DNA of 64,000 nucleotides, taken from the NCBI RefSeq assembly GCF_011745625.1, contig NW_027191469.1, positions 372,001 to 436,000 of the forward strand, read 5' to 3'. The translations under genes were made by a program, and so were the position numbers. The stretch comes from Cladosporium halotolerans (taxonomy: Eukaryota). The notes beneath the pieces are model-generated. The model saw nothing but the letters and a program-made list of their open reading frames with translations, ran no database searches and had not been told where the DNA came from. Positions 35,056 through 47,890 of this stretch are shown here, piece after piece (position 1 is the stretch's first letter; each line of letters begins with the position of its first letter).

Positions 35056-36523
35056 CTTCGAGGGTTCGGGATGTTCGCTTTCTGTGGTTTGGGGGTTGGC
35101 GTTTTGGCGCTTTTGGGGGGGGGCTTGTAGTTTGTGGCTGTTTGGCGCGGTTTGAGTGGATGGTTGAGATGGATCTCGGGCCTCGCTGCGTTCGGTGAGG
35201 GCCTTGGTGCTTTGGTGGCGTGGTGGTTGGTTTGGTCTTTCTTGGTGCCGTGAAGTTCGTGTGGTGAACGGATGTAGACACGAGTGGCGAAAGACAAGAG
35301 GCGACGACTGCGCCCAGCAGGTAGGCAGGCTATTTAACACGCCGCAAGCGTTGTGGAGTCGCCAGCTCCTCTCATCATGCTGACTCTTGAGCACGTGTGA
35401 CCTTTTCTCTACTCCAGAAACCACAGCTGGTGATGACCTTTCGCAGAAGCCAGCGAGCAGGAAGAGTGACATGTGGGCTTTAGAGTTTGGGGAGCCACGT
35501 GCGACGCCTACTTTTCCTCCGGATACAGTAATAAGATAAATGTGGGTAGTGACCTTGTTAGCTACCTAGGAGATTCGGATCATGGGATTAAAGGAAGGAA
35601 GCATGTGGATTGCCAAAGAGTGCAATACGTGATTTTGAGGGACATCATGCGCGGAGGCTCGTGTGAAGTCGTCTGCTGAATATCGCCTGGCATAAGGAGG
35701 ACCCGGCCGAGCGGGTGTCACTGTACGTACTCCAATGCAGTTATGTCAGCAACTCCCAAGTCTCCTCTCACATCGACCCGGTCTCTTGAAAGGGATCTTG
35801 CGAATCAACGTGCTGTTGTAGTTGCTTAGGTGGCCAGACAACGACATCAAGGCTGATCATCATTGGCGATGTCTCGCCGCAGAGCGCGAAAAGTGGCACC
35901 AGTCCAAATACTCATCATCTTTAGCACAGCAGATCGTGAAGACGATCATGCCGATTACATGATGCATCGGAGCATTTCTGCGACAAAATTACGATTCGTC
36001 CAGGCGTTGGCGCAGGCTGGAACGCCGTGTCTGAGAAATGTCCAACGGTGGGTGGTGTGTGCTGTGCTCGTGAGCGGTGAGCATCACAACTTGTATTGGT
36101 AGAATTACTTTAGACCAGAATGCATCGCTCGATTTATTCTTGACAGTCACACACAAGGGACGCGGTGCACGTGACCATAGAGCCAACGCGCGCAGTCTTT
36201 GTGCTCCTCAATCGCGCCATCCACGCTTCTCGAAGCAGGGCGAAGAACTTCAGCAGAACAGATGAAGGAGATGCAACAGTAACAATTACACTAAAGATCT
36301 ACAGTTTCGGCTTACATAGTTAGCATCCAACGCTCGCTCGCGGACCGCGGCAAACCCCCTAGACGGACATAAAGCGTGTCGTCACGGCGTGCGCTGAAGG
36401 AGGAAAGTCAACAGGGGAGATCGGAGGTGGGTAGTGGGGAGAGCGAGCGTGGGACGCGCAACGGTGGCATAGACGAGTCTTGGGAGGGCAGGCTAGTGCT
36501 GTGCTGTGGTAGCGATGCCGAAG

Positions 36524-36541
36524 CGAGAGAGAGAGAGAGAG
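36524..36541 (+). repeat. (GA)n microsatellite
   Basis: GAGAGAGAGAGAGAGAG seen directly. Confidence 0.85.
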
Positions 36542-37584
36542 GTGGATGCAGCTGAGATTTGTATGCGGCGGTAGCGATTTTGCTATTATTACTGTCGGAG
36601 TTGAGACGATAAAGATGGCCGGGTGTGGATGCTGCGCGCGCGCGTGTGGCGGCAGGGCACGCAGGTGGTCAGGGCCACGCTTTTACAGTGGGATGGGGTG
36701 AGCAGAAATGCTTAGCTGGCGGGAGGGCGATACACAGCAGCGGTGCGGCGCATGTGGCACGAGCACGTCACGGGAATGGCGCAAGGACGGGTGTAACGGG
36801 GCGGTGGTGACATCTCTGGTACTCGACGTACTGCATGCACAAGCAGTATGAGCGTGCCACTGGCCAGCACCAGACGACAGCAGCGAACGAGTGCGTGGGA
36901 CAGACAGGAGGGAGGCAGGTATCAAGTAGACGACAGGCACTGACAGGGCAGAGCAGCGTTCGTCAGCAGTCTCACAACCCACTGCCGGCAACGGGCGATG
37001 GTGCGACAGGCCGCGTTGGACGTGGCTCGCGCGCGACGGGATCGCCACCCACGGACTGCGCGGACTGTCGTGGATGCCTGAGTAGTGCCTCAGTAGTGCC
37101 TCCCACGGCCTCCCACGCGGTGGCCTCAGCGCCTGGAGAGCCTCGACTCTTTGCGGTATGGACGAGGATTGGCGCTGACGGGCACCCGCCGGAAGCTCAG
37201 CCTGCGCCGTCGGGAATGGCTCGAAAAATACGTGAGGCGTACGTTCCCCGGCAGTGATGACGGCGAGAGCCACGCACACGTACCGTACGGCTACTGACAC
37301 CCGACTTTTCTTCGGCCTGCGGGCAAAAGTCTAATGCGGGTGCAGTCGTCGTCGTCGCGGCAGGGCTCCAGGGCTCTGGGGCTCGGGGCTCCTGGCAGCG
37401 CTGGCGGCGGACGGCGGCGATGGCCCAATTGCGCGTCCTGTCAATCTCCCACCACGACGCTCGGCCCTGCCTCCATTCAACCCCCAAAGCCCGCCCAATC
37501 GCAGCGCGATCGCGCTCAATCGCCAAATCATCGCCGCAATCACCACCTTTTCTCCCCGCCGAACCCTGCGCTGCCCATGCTCTC

Positions 37585-37618
37585 CTCTGCCTCTGCCTCT
37601 GCCTCTGCCTCTCTGCCT
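37585..37618 (+). repeat. (CCTCTG)n hexamer repeat in the pyrimidine-rich upstream region of the DUF3405 gene
   Basis: About 5 copies seen directly. Confidence 0.8.
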
Positions 37619-37974
37619 CCTTAGTCCTCGCGAGTTCTGCACTGCATCACCGCCTCTGTTCTCCCTACCCTCCACCAACCCTCTGCAGCTGCACGGCCAG
37701 CCCATCCTGCCGGTCGACAAAGCCCGCGCTATAACCACCGCCCTCGCTAATCTCGCCGCCCACCACTCGCAATCCTAGCGCACTCCGCCTCCTTCTAGAC
37801 CACTTGCGACTCCTTTGCGTCGCCTGCCATCCTCCACCGCCAAAACACCCTCTCCAAAACACTTTCTCGACACTCGCAACCCTGGCTGAGACTCCCGATT
37901 GGACGACTGATAGCAGTCGGTCCTCAGATGTTGAGAACGAGAAGTTCGACCGCCATCCCATTCCCCGAAGGACA

Positions 37975-40083
37975 ATGAACTCGCTCCGCCTCCGCGACTT
38001 CAATCCTCTGCGATTACTCCACACAAACTTCTCCTACCAGTCACTACCCAACAGCGAGAGCCGGAGCGCCTCGCCCTCAGGGTCCTATCGCCGGCGATGG
38101 CTCCCTGACAAGCTCAGGTTCGGCCGCCTGTCGCTCACAAAGCTGCTCGCGCTGGCCATAGCGGGCTTCGTGTGCCTTGCTTTGATGGCCGGCGGAGGCT
38201 ACAGACAAGTCCGGGAAGAAGTCCAGAACCAGGAGCCTGCAGAGCAGCCGCCTCCTTTTTACTGGCAGGTCTTTCCCCGATTGAACGGCTACTACAACGG
38301 CATCCGGACCCTGGTGCCCTACAAGGACGTCCAGCAGGAGAACAGATACAATGCGTCGGAACCGCCCAAATACGAGAAGCCCAGAGACCTGCCCAAGCAG
38401 CCTCCCATGGAGCCGATCAAATACGACCCATACCCCGACTACAAGTCCAGCGAATACCTGGAGAAGCACCACGAAGTCCACGAGTGCTTCGTGGACGACG
38501 AAGACACCATTCCCGTCCCCGACGTGTACGCCTACCCCGGTGTTCCTGCCGTCTACCCTGAGCCTTTCTACGGCTCCTACTCTGCTCTCGGCATGCGCGA
38601 GGACGTCTGCTGGGACAGATTCGGCCGTCTCGCCGCTTACGGCTACGGAGACTCCAAGGGCACCAATCACGGCCTCGGCATGAAGTCTGAGAAGACTGGT
38701 GCTCACAAGATCTTCGAGAAGGTCGGCCACACCGATTACAGCAAGGTCGACTGGGGCAAGGCGCAGAAGAAATGCTACGAGAAGAACAAGGCCAGATTCG
38801 CCCAAGAGCAACCCGAAGGCAAGGAGCGCGTGAAGCGCCACGCCTACGTCTTGAGAACCTGGACCGGCTTCAAGTACACCGACCACCACATCATGACCCT
38901 GCGCGCCCAGATCAACGAGCTCGCGCTCAAGAGCGGCGGCGAGTACGACGTGCACTTCCTCGTCCACGTCAAGGACGACAGCATCCCCATCTGGGCCGAC
39001 GAGGACATCTACCGCCAGGTGATCGAGGAGAACGTCCCCGAAGAGTTCTGGGGCCTCGCGACCCTCTGGTCCGAGAAGCAGATGGAGATGTACTACCCGG
39101 ACCCCTTCCCCAACAACTTCATCAACATGGCCGGCTCCTCCATCCACGGCGTCTACCGCTCCGCCCACTTCGCCATCCAGTGGTTCAGCCAGGAATTCAA
39201 AGAATACGACTTCGTCTGGAACTGGGAGATGGACCTCCGCTACACCGGCCACTACTACGAGTTCAACAACCGCATCGGCGAATGGGGCAAGGCCCAGCCC
39301 CGCAAGGGTCTCTGGGAGCGTGCCGAGCGCTTCTACATCCCCGGCATCCACGGCAGCTACGAGAACTTCACCAAGTTCGTCGGCGAAGAGATGAAGACCC
39401 GCGACATCCCGCTCAACGACCCCGTCGCCCAAGGCCCACACCCCGTCTGGGGCCCCGTCAACACCTTCCCGAACAACGGCCTCCTCCCCGCCCCCGAAGG
39501 CACCACCCCGCCCCACTCGTACTCCCGCGACAACTACGAATGGGGCGTCGGCGAAGACGCCGACATCCTCACCTTCAACCCCATCTTCGACCCCTCCAAG
39601 ACAAACTGGGTCTTCCGCGAAGACGTCACCGGCTACGACAACACGCTGCCCGTCCCGCCCCGCCGCGTCGCCATCATCACTGTCGCCCGCCTCTCCCGCC
39701 GCCTGCTCGACACCATGCACGAGGAAACCTGGGCCATGCGCCACAGCATGTTCCCGGAGATGTGGCCGCCCAGCGTGGCCCTACACCACGGCCTCAAAGC
39801 CGCTTACGTCCCGCACCCGGTCTACTTCGACCGCGACTGGGACCTCCCCTACATGGACCAGGTCTTCAACTACCCGGAGACGAAAGAGGCGAGCACGTTC
39901 GGCTGGGGCGAGCATAACATGCTGGGGAGCAGCTTCTACTACAATGCTGGTTTCAGCGGCGCGCTGTGGAGAAGGTGGCTGGGCGAGGCGGAGAACGGGG
40001 AGGGTGGCAGGCGCGAGGAGGAGAGCGGCACGGGCAGGATGTGTTTGAGGCCGGTGCTGCATCATCCTATTAAGGGCGAGTGA
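37975..40083 (+). CDS. DUF3405 family type II membrane protein
   Basis: N-terminal TM helix; motifs VLRTWTG, ELALKSGGEYDVHFLVHVK, YDFVWNWEMDLRYTGHYY, ARLSRRLL, EMWPPSVALHHGLKA, CLRPVLHHPIK. Strong C-ending codon bias. Confidence 0.88.
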   Translation: MNSLRLRDFNPLRLLHTNFSYQSLPNSESRSASPSGSYRRRWLPDKLRFGRLSLTKLLALAIAGFVCLALMAGGGYRQVREEVQNQEPAEQPPPFYWQVFPRLNGYYNGIRTLVPYKDVQQENRYNASEPPKYEKPRDLPKQPPMEPIKYDPYPDYKSSEYLEKHHEVHECFVDDEDTIPVPDVYAYPGVPAVYPEPFYGSYSALGMREDVCWDRFGRLAAYGYGDSKGTNHGLGMKSEKTGAHKIFEKVGHTDYSKVDWGKAQKKCYEKNKARFAQEQPEGKERVKRHAYVLRTWTGFKYTDHHIMTLRAQINELALKSGGEYDVHFLVHVKDDSIPIWADEDIYRQVIEENVPEEFWGLATLWSEKQMEMYYPDPFPNNFINMAGSSIHGVYRSAHFAIQWFSQEFKEYDFVWNWEMDLRYTGHYYEFNNRIGEWGKAQPRKGLWERAERFYIPGIHGSYENFTKFVGEEMKTRDIPLNDPVAQGPHPVWGPVNTFPNNGLLPAPEGTTPPHSYSRDNYEWGVGEDADILTFNPIFDPSKTNWVFREDVTGYDNTLPVPPRRVAIITVARLSRRLLDTMHEETWAMRHSMFPEMWPPSVALHHGLKAAYVPHPVYFDRDWDLPYMDQVFNYPETKEASTFGWGEHNMLGSSFYYNAGFSGALWRRWLGEAENGEGGRREEESGTGRMCLRPVLHHPIKGE

Positions 40084-43000
40084 AGAAAGAGGTCAGTGGG
40101 GGAGGTTTGATCTAGCGCTGATTTTTTCTGTTTCGCTGCCGCGAAGAGCAAGAGGGGGAAGAGGGGGTGGGTCACAAGAACCGAGCCGCCACAGCCTCGA
40201 CGCGGATTTTCTTTTTTGTTTTTTTCTGCTTTTTGCTGTACACATCTCCTTTCTTCCTTTTTTGCGTTGTGTTGCATACGTCCGGCGAGAAAAAGGCGTA
40301 CATGGGAGTCCTTTTTGTGTCTTCCGCTTTCGATTCTTGGATGTCGCGCTTTCGAACAGTTGCAAGACCTGAGGATGAGTGTGCGGGGCGATAAGTTTCC
40401 TTGTGTAAAATACCTCGACTACTACTACTAAACGCATGGCATTGGGAAATCTTGAGGGATTGGGATCCGGTCCGGGAGGGGAGGTTGTGGGATTCATTTA
40501 TGGGAGGATGAGGATTGCATATATGCAGATATTTTTGTCGAGGAAACATACCTACCGTTTCATACGAGAGATTTTTTTTTTCTGGACTTTCTTGCTTCGA
40601 GTTTCGGGGTTTGGGTGTTGTTTTGCGCTCCTGGGCCGGTGGGTAGGGGGTTTTTTCTTGCTTTGGATTGTCTTGTCTGCTTTGTAGACGGCGGGCAACT
40701 CGATGAGTTGGGTAGATGTCAGTGTTATTAGTGAAGGGGAGTGAACATCTTCACCGTTTCGCAGGCTTCTTAAAGTCATGGCTGTTGTGATGTGGAGGTC
40801 GATGACATTGTTTGATGCTGGGAGCTGTTGTTTTCATTTCAAGTTCATCAATTGATATCTTAATAGTGAAAGAGAGAATCTAGACCGCGTGAGCCGCGTG
40901 ATGGTCTTGGGGGGCACAGCTTCTTCTGATGATTTCGACTTGATTCTGGGGTGTTTATCAGACTATTAATTACTTCATGCATATAAGATTATTTAGGCCA
41001 GTCGATGAATCTCTCGAGGACGTGTAATGGTTGTCGCGAAGTGCGTGAGCTGGGAGTCGGTCGTAGGATTGATTGCAGTGGGTCAGCTGCTGAACTCGAT
41101 TTCTGTGCCATATGGAAAATGATAAGATCATTCGATACCCTCTCTCATGCCTCATGGCCAAACTACAGGAAGCATTTCAGTGCAATTTTCATGCCACACA
41201 CCGGTCCATCCAATCCCATGTTTCACGAGTCGGTTCGTGCTACCATCAACACCATCCACGCGGCCCCTTGATGACGTACGTCAAGCCGCCAATCAGGTTC
41301 ACACCTGGTCGACGAGAACGACTGTCCTGTTCACGACCACTTGTTGTTTCGTCGTCGGCCCTGTTGCTGCTCACAACAAAACGCACGTCCATCACCGGCG
41401 TCGTCAGTCGCCAATCAATAATAGTCCCCATCTTCGGCTCTCTCCACCCGAATCAGATGGCTTGCCGGGCCAAGGACTGCCCGCTGAGGTCATCGCGCAT
41501 GCTCCTGTCAGGGTTTTCCCTTCACGCCGACGGGCGGCGGACGTCACTTTGCGGCAGGATAATCACCTTTGAGTTTTTGGTGAGAGCGTGCTGCGGCGCA
41601 GGGGAATGGAGGGACGGGATGTCTTGGGCTGACGTGCCGAAAGCCCGGGCTCGTTTCGCTGGGCTGTTCTCTGTTTTGGTGCTGCAATATTAGAGCGGCC
41701 CCGGTATATGTCTGCACTCTGCGCGCGCACATGGTCGATTGGCCGTTGAGAGACCCTGCCCGGTGCCCTGGAGGGGATGACGTGCGCTAATCCTACGCCC
41801 TCGTCGTGCTTGGGATTTGCTGGCCGCGGAATCATGGCCTTCGCCGCCATTGGTGAAATGGCCGGCTACTGCCAGACGCGCCAGAGCGTGCATGCATGCT
41901 GTACGTTCGGAGGGCCGCGGGAGCCCTGCGTCTGTCGTTGGACGCCTCTGCTGGGCTAGGATATACTTCGTTTCTTTTTTGAGTCAGACAGGCGTCTAGT
42001 ACACGCGGTAGTCTTTTTCTAAGTGGCCGTCTGGAATCGCCGCTGCACTCCAGCGTGACGGCTCGTAGTATGATCCATGGTCGTTGAAGTGCTCTCGTCG
42101 CCTCTCCCGTGCGCTACTGGCAACGTGGGCGGGTCGCGGAATGGCGAGGGCATGGCGCCATGATGTACGTGCCTCACCAAAACGTCTCGCTGTGCCGCCG
42201 CCTCCGCCGCCAGAAGCTGACTGAGCTTGGATGCTCGATGGCTTTCGTGATATCAGTCAGTGCCGCTCCACGCCGCCGTGCTCCGCCGCCTCCTTCATAG
42301 CCTCCGCCCTGTCACTGTCTTCTCGTCTGCACAACACTCGTGACCTGCACAAGCCCTCCCATCGTCGACCGCCTACACTACAGCTTACCCACTTCGTACG
42401 CTCGGGACCGAACCGATTAACAGGCGAGCCAACCGTCACCCAGCACAGCCCCGGTCCGCATTCCCCCGGCCGCGACTCGTAGGATCATCGTCAATCTATC
42501 GCCCCCGCCGGACAGCTTTGTGCATCATCGCTTCGTGCAAGTGGTGTGGAGGAGCACCACGGTGACGCAGGATCTCGAGATCCAAACGCTGCACGCACCC
42601 AGGCGTCTTGCCGACTACCTCATCGCCCGTCATCCGCCCCACGGCATCTCGAAAGCGGCAGCCTCGCAGACGCCTCGCCGCGCAGCAGGATGGTGTCCAT
42701 GTGGAAGATAGAGGTGAGTCTCGATGCGCGCTCCAGATCGCGGCGCCGCCAGCCACCGGAACGGCACATGGCATGATGATATACGGCGGGCGCTACACTT
42801 TGCTTACGGCGCACGGCGCACCCCTGGCGGCGCAAGATCGTCGCGGCGGCGTCCCTGGCACGCCTGGCCGTGGCCTGGTGTGGGCTGGGGAATTGGCCTG
42901 CGATTGCGTCGCCAATTCTGCGCTGCTCCCCTCCCACCCCAGGCATGACGTCGCTATGCGTCGATTCACTTTTCCTCCCACCTCCCCTTCGCTCTTGGTC

Positions 43001-43261
43001 ATCGGTGGCCGCACCTCCTCCGCACCTCACCACCCCGACCAACCGCTCATCTTCCCGCATTCGCACTGCTCTGCTTTGCTTTGCCCTGTCACCCAACCTC
43101 ACCTCGTCCCTTTCGCATCCCCCGAAACATCACCTTATCTCTTTCCCTGTTTCCCGATCTTACACCTCACTTCACCCCTCTGACACACCCCACCCCGCCG
43201 CCGCACGCCTCGGCCGTACACGCACATTCTAGTGCCGCCATCCGTTAAGGCGATTCTGACC

Positions 43262-45517
43262 ATGTCGACGATCCAGAACCTCAAGAACTTCATACGGCAC
43301 GGCAAGCAGGCCCGCGAAGCCCGCTCGCCCCAAGACCAAGCCACAACACACGTCTCCAATGTCCACGCGCAGCAACATCGCGGCGGAAACCAGGGCTTCC
43401 ACGCCGCCGCCAGCGAGCCCAACGTCGCGCCACACAAGCCCCTGCAGGGCCAGGCACAGCACCGAGAGGATTTCTCCGCCGCCCCGGTAGATAACAAGAA
43501 TCAGGCCGCCAAGGCCGGCCACGCCGCCGCCAATGCGGTCGACGACAGGCAGAAACGCGAGCGCCAGCAGAAGGAGCAGGATAACTCGGTGCTCGAGCGT
43601 ATTGTTGCCGAAGAGCGTGAGAGCAAGGGCAAGCTGCCCCGCTATCCTGGACTGGAGCGGTACACACTCATTGAGAAGATGGGCGATGGCGCTTTCAGCA
43701 ACGTCTACCGCGCGAAGGACAGCGAGGGCCAACACGGCGAGGTCGCCATCAAGGTCGTCCGCAAGTTCGAGATGAACTCGACACAGGTATGTTGGACACC
43801 CCTCTGAGCACCGCGTTCTTTTTCCCCCGCAACAGCTCCAAGGCCGTTTCGTCGTTCGTCGTTCTGTTCTGCAATCCACCTTCAAGAAGACATGCCAACC
43901 AGTGGCGACCAAACAGACAGGAACCAAGAACGTGATGAAACCCACAGAGGTGCGCCGGTGCTCGTTTACTACTTTCTGCCCCCTTGCTGCGTTCCGCCAT
44001 GCCAGGTGCACCAAGTCCACGTCGATTCGCCTCACAAGTGGACTCCTGCTGACGTAACCTACCCAACAGAGAGCGAACATCCTCAAGGAAGTCCAAATTA
44101 TGCGCAACCTCGACCACCCCAATATCGTCCAGCTCATCGAATTTTCCGAGTCCAAGCAATATTACTATATCGTCCTGGAGCTCTGTCCCGGTGGCGAACT
44201 TTTCCACCAGATTGTTCGCCTGACTTACTTCAGCGAGGACCTTTCACGACACGTCATTAAGCAGGTCGCCGACTCATTGCTGTACCTGCACGAAGAGGCT
44301 GGTGTTGTGCATCGGTATGTCGGTTCGATATTTTGCATGTTTGCGTGATGATGATGCTAACTTTGTGCAGTGACATCAAGCCTGAAAACCTGCTGTTCTA
44401 CCCCACTCCTTTCATTCCTTCCAAGAACCCCAAGCCTAAACAGCCTGGCGATGAGGACAAGGAAGACGAGGGCGAGTTCGTCAAGGGCAAGGGCTCTGGT
44501 GGTATCGGCTTGGTAAAGATTGCAGACTTCGGTCTCTCCAAGGTCATCTGGGATCACCAGACCATGACCCCCTGCGGTACCGTCGGCTACACTGCTCCCG
44601 AAATCGTCAGGGACGAACGCTACTCGAAGTCTGTCGACATGTGGGCTCTTGGCTGTGTCCTTTACACATTGCTTTGCGGTTTCCCTCCTTTCTACGATGA
44701 GAGCATTCAGGTTCTGACGGAGAAGGTCGCTCGTGGCCAGTACACTTTCCTCTCGCCTTGGTGGGATGAGATCTCCAAGAGTGCTCAGGACCTGGTTTCG
44801 CATCTTCTTACCGTCGACCCCGAAAAGCGTTACGACATTCAGCAATTCTTGGATCACCCCTGGATTCGCCAGAGCGACGAGCCTACATACTCCGCTGCCG
44901 ACGCACCTCCTCTCGCCACTCCTCTTGCCACTCGTCAAGCCCCGCTGTCTGCCGGTTCTGGTCAAGATCCCATTCAGCAGAACTTCGCTCACCTCAACGA
45001 TGGCAACAAGCCCGACGACTTCCGTTCCCCCGGTGCCGTTAACCTTCGCGAGGTTTTCGACGTCAGCTACTCGGTGCATAGGCAGGAGGAAGAGGGCAAG
45101 CGCCGCAAGAACTTCACTCAGGGCTACCGCGGTGCTGCCCCCATGAACGCTCTCAACCCCCTCGACGAGGAGTACGACGACGAGCAGGACGAGGGCGTTT
45201 CCGCTCCTTACAACGCCAACTCTTCGGATCCCCCTGCCAAACTCCCCAAGGCCGGCGCACCTGATGTTGGCGGCGTGGAGAAGCAGATGCGCAACACGTC
45301 CTTGTCCGCCGCGGCTCAGGCACGACAGGCCAACGCCCCCAGGCAGTCTCAGCCGGCAGCTAGGGGCTACGGCCAGCACAGCCCTGAGGTCGCCGCGGCT
45401 GCGAGAAAGCAGGTCCGCAACAAGGGCGCTTTCGAGCTCAGTCTCGATAACGCCACCCTCCTCGGCAGACGCGGCAAGAAGGGCCCGAGCAACCTGCGCG
45501 AGCAGATGGTGCAGTAA
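43262..45517 (+). CDS. srk1: CAMK-family MAPK-activated protein kinase (Srk1/Rck2/SrkA orthologue), spliced
   Basis: MSTIQNLKNFIRHGKQA, GDGAFSNV, VAIK, HRDIKPEN (across intron 44315-44370), DFG, TPCGTVGYTAPE. Intron 43787-44069 joins NSTQ to RANILKEVQIM. Confidence 0.93.
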
Positions 45518-46306
45518 GCCTGTCGCTCCCATCGCAGTGGGGCTTCGATAATCTCGTTTCGCCTCGTCAAATCAGCATTTCCATACGCGAACGCGTTGTC
45601 TCTCGCATCGCGTCCTCATCTGTCGGCAGCTCTGGCTACTGTCCCGTAATCAACGAAAAGCAGGACCAACGGCGTCGGAGCTGCTCGCACGCTTTCAACT
45701 GTCTTTATGCGGAACGATTATCAGCATTCTGGGCGTTTTGTTTTTCTAGTATCACTATTGCGATCATGGAGGGTTCTTTGAGATTCTTTGAGGCCAGACG
45801 CCACGCGGGTTGCGAGAGGCGTTGTCTCGTTTTCCTTTTTTAGATTACTACTAGTAGTCAATGGTCGCCGTTTTGTGTGCGACGCGACTGTTGCTACTGG
45901 CGAGCTCGGGTAGCTGGCTGTAAACTCATCAGTTTTGAATGTCTCCCTTTTCGTTTTGATGTGATAATCTCTGTGGTGGATTGATCGTGATTGAATCATG
46001 TTCATCGTGGCCCCCCCTTTTCTGGCGTTAGTACCGCGAGTGTGCGCGTTCGATTTGTTGCTGATGACGTACGACACGTGATGGTCGTGCGCTGTGAGGT
46101 TTACCCCAGCTTGGACCCTGCAACCTGCAAGCAGCGGTTGGGGCTTGTTTGGAGCTTCGCTGAACGACCGCTTCGATTAAGCAACGACTCTTCACTCGAT
46201 TCTCCACTCACATCACACCTCTACGCGAAACTTTCGACCAGATCCTTTTTCGACCAGAAGCGATTAACACTCGACTACTGATTACGACCAACAACACATC
46301 CTCACA

Positions 46307-47890
46307 ATGGCCCGCAACGCCAACGACTTGCTGGCCGACCTTGATCAGCTCGGCGTTGAAGAGAAGGCTGGCTCGCAGTCTAATAAACCCAGCAAGACCA
46401 CCCCAAAACCCGCGAAAGACTCCAGCAACAAGCCTTCCAACAATGACGACGACCCATTCGGAGACCCCCAGGCCCAGCTCGCCGCGAAGGCCCAGCCCAC
46501 ATCGCGCCCCGCGACCCCACGCATGTCCAGCTCAGCCACCAGCGCAAACAACAAGTCGCCCAAGCGCGCAGAACACACGCCTGCTTCCTCCGGTCCTCCG
46601 AGCGGCCGCACCAGTAGCGAGGATAAGATCCGAAGCAACACATCTGCAGCCCCCGTGAGGAAGAGCGGCGAGAGCGCCCGCGGCTACCACCAGGGCGTGA
46701 CCCCCGACGACAAGAGCGAAGAGAAGCCCGCACAGTCCGACACCAGCAAGGCACAAACCTCCCCCGCCCCAGCATCCGGTGGCGGCTGGTGGGGCAGCAT
46801 GTACAGCGCCGCAACAGCAGCCGTCAAGCAGGCCGAAACGCTCGCGAAGGAAATCAGCGGAAACGAAGAAGCCCAGCGCTGGGCCGGCCAGGTGCGCGCC
46901 ATCGGCGGCAAGAACCTGACCAACCTGCAACACCTCAGCACCGACCTCCGCTCACGCGCCCTGCCCACCTTCACCACCTTGCTCCAGCACATCGCGCCCC
47001 CGATCTCCGCCCACGAGCGCCTGCAGATCCACACCACCCACGACATCCTCAACTACCCCGGGCTCGACCCCCTCATCTACCAAGTCTTCTCGCGCACCAT
47101 GGCGCAGGTCGAAGGCGGCGACCTCATGGTCATTCAGCGCGGCACCGAGCAGCGCAGCCGCGCCTCCGCCTCCGAAGACCCGCAGGGCTACCGCGGCGGC
47201 GTGCTCGGCTCCTCCGGCGGCGGCTGGAGCGATGGCCCCTGGTGGCGCGAGGGCGGCGTCACGCGCTCGCTGGGCACCGTCCCCGGGCTCAAGGAGGGCT
47301 CGCGGCTCGCGCGCGTGGGCGCCGAGGCGTACGCGAGGGAGTTCTTCGACGCGAAGGGCGGCGTCGAGGAGGCCGCGAAGCAGGCGACGCAGACGCTCTC
47401 GGAGACGAACCCCGTCCGCAGCTCGGACATCTTCCTGGCCATCCAGGCGATCAGCTACGAGGACGACGCGGGGCTGTTCGCGGACGACGGGCGCAAGGAG
47501 CAGAGCGGCGACGGCAGCGTCGCGGAGCCCGCGCCCGAGAAGGCCGAGTCCGTCGTCTTTGCGATTTACCTGCACGACCCGATCCACAGCCTGTCGTTCT
47601 CGACGCTCTCGCAGCCCTTCCCGGCCAAGTGGGCTTCGTGGCTCGACGCGAGCGCGGGCGAGAGTCAATCGGGCCTGCCGGACTCGATCCAGGAGATCAT
47701 TGCCGCGGGCGGGCTGGATCCGCGCGAGTGGGTTGCGGAGTGGATGGAGGAGACGCTGAGTTTGGCGGTGGGCGTGGTGGCGCAGAGGTATGTGGCGCGC
47801 AGGATGGGGGTTGGGGAGGGCGGGTTGGGGAGGGGCAAGAAGAGGGTTGAGGAGGAGGGGATGGGGGGTGAGGCTGCCAGGGCTATTTGA
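46307..47890 (+). CDS. MTC1: maintenance of telomere capping protein 1-like (DUF5427)
   Basis: GGGWWGS, IAPPISAHERLQIHTTHD, VFSRTMAQVEGGDL, SDIFLAIQ, LHDPIHSLSFSTLSQ, DPREWVAEW..VVAQRYVARRM. Confidence 0.85.
   Translation: MARNANDLLADLDQLGVEEKAGSQSNKPSKTTPKPAKDSSNKPSNNDDDPFGDPQAQLAAKAQPTSRPATPRMSSSATSANNKSPKRAEHTPASSGPPSGRTSSEDKIRSNTSAAPVRKSGESARGYHQGVTPDDKSEEKPAQSDTSKAQTSPAPASGGGWWGSMYSAATAAVKQAETLAKEISGNEEAQRWAGQVRAIGGKNLTNLQHLSTDLRSRALPTFTTLLQHIAPPISAHERLQIHTTHDILNYPGLDPLIYQVFSRTMAQVEGGDLMVIQRGTEQRSRASASEDPQGYRGGVLGSSGGGWSDGPWWREGGVTRSLGTVPGLKEGSRLARVGAEAYAREFFDAKGGVEEAAKQATQTLSETNPVRSSDIFLAIQAISYEDDAGLFADDGRKEQSGDGSVAEPAPEKAESVVFAIYLHDPIHSLSFSTLSQPFPAKWASWLDASAGESQSGLPDSIQEIIAAGGLDPREWVAEWMEETLSLAVGVVAQRYVARRMGVGEGGLGRGKKRVEEEGMGGEAARAI

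Noticed and set aside
38077..39744. 555-aa minus-strand ORF (and the 381-aa alternative-frame ORF at 38772-39917)
   Set aside because: Shadow ORFs caused by the strong codon bias of the DUF3405 gene; composition is not protein-like.
40100..43200. Many short ORFs in the long intergenic region upstream of the kinase
   Set aside because: Look like chance ORFs in GC-rich promoter/UTR sequence; none has protein-like features.
44357..45532. 391-aa antisense ORF over the kinase
   Set aside because: Antisense shadow of a conserved gene; no motifs.
46789..47850. 353-aa alternative-frame ORF
   Set aside because: GC-rich frame overlap within MTC1; Arg/Gly/Pro-rich artefact.
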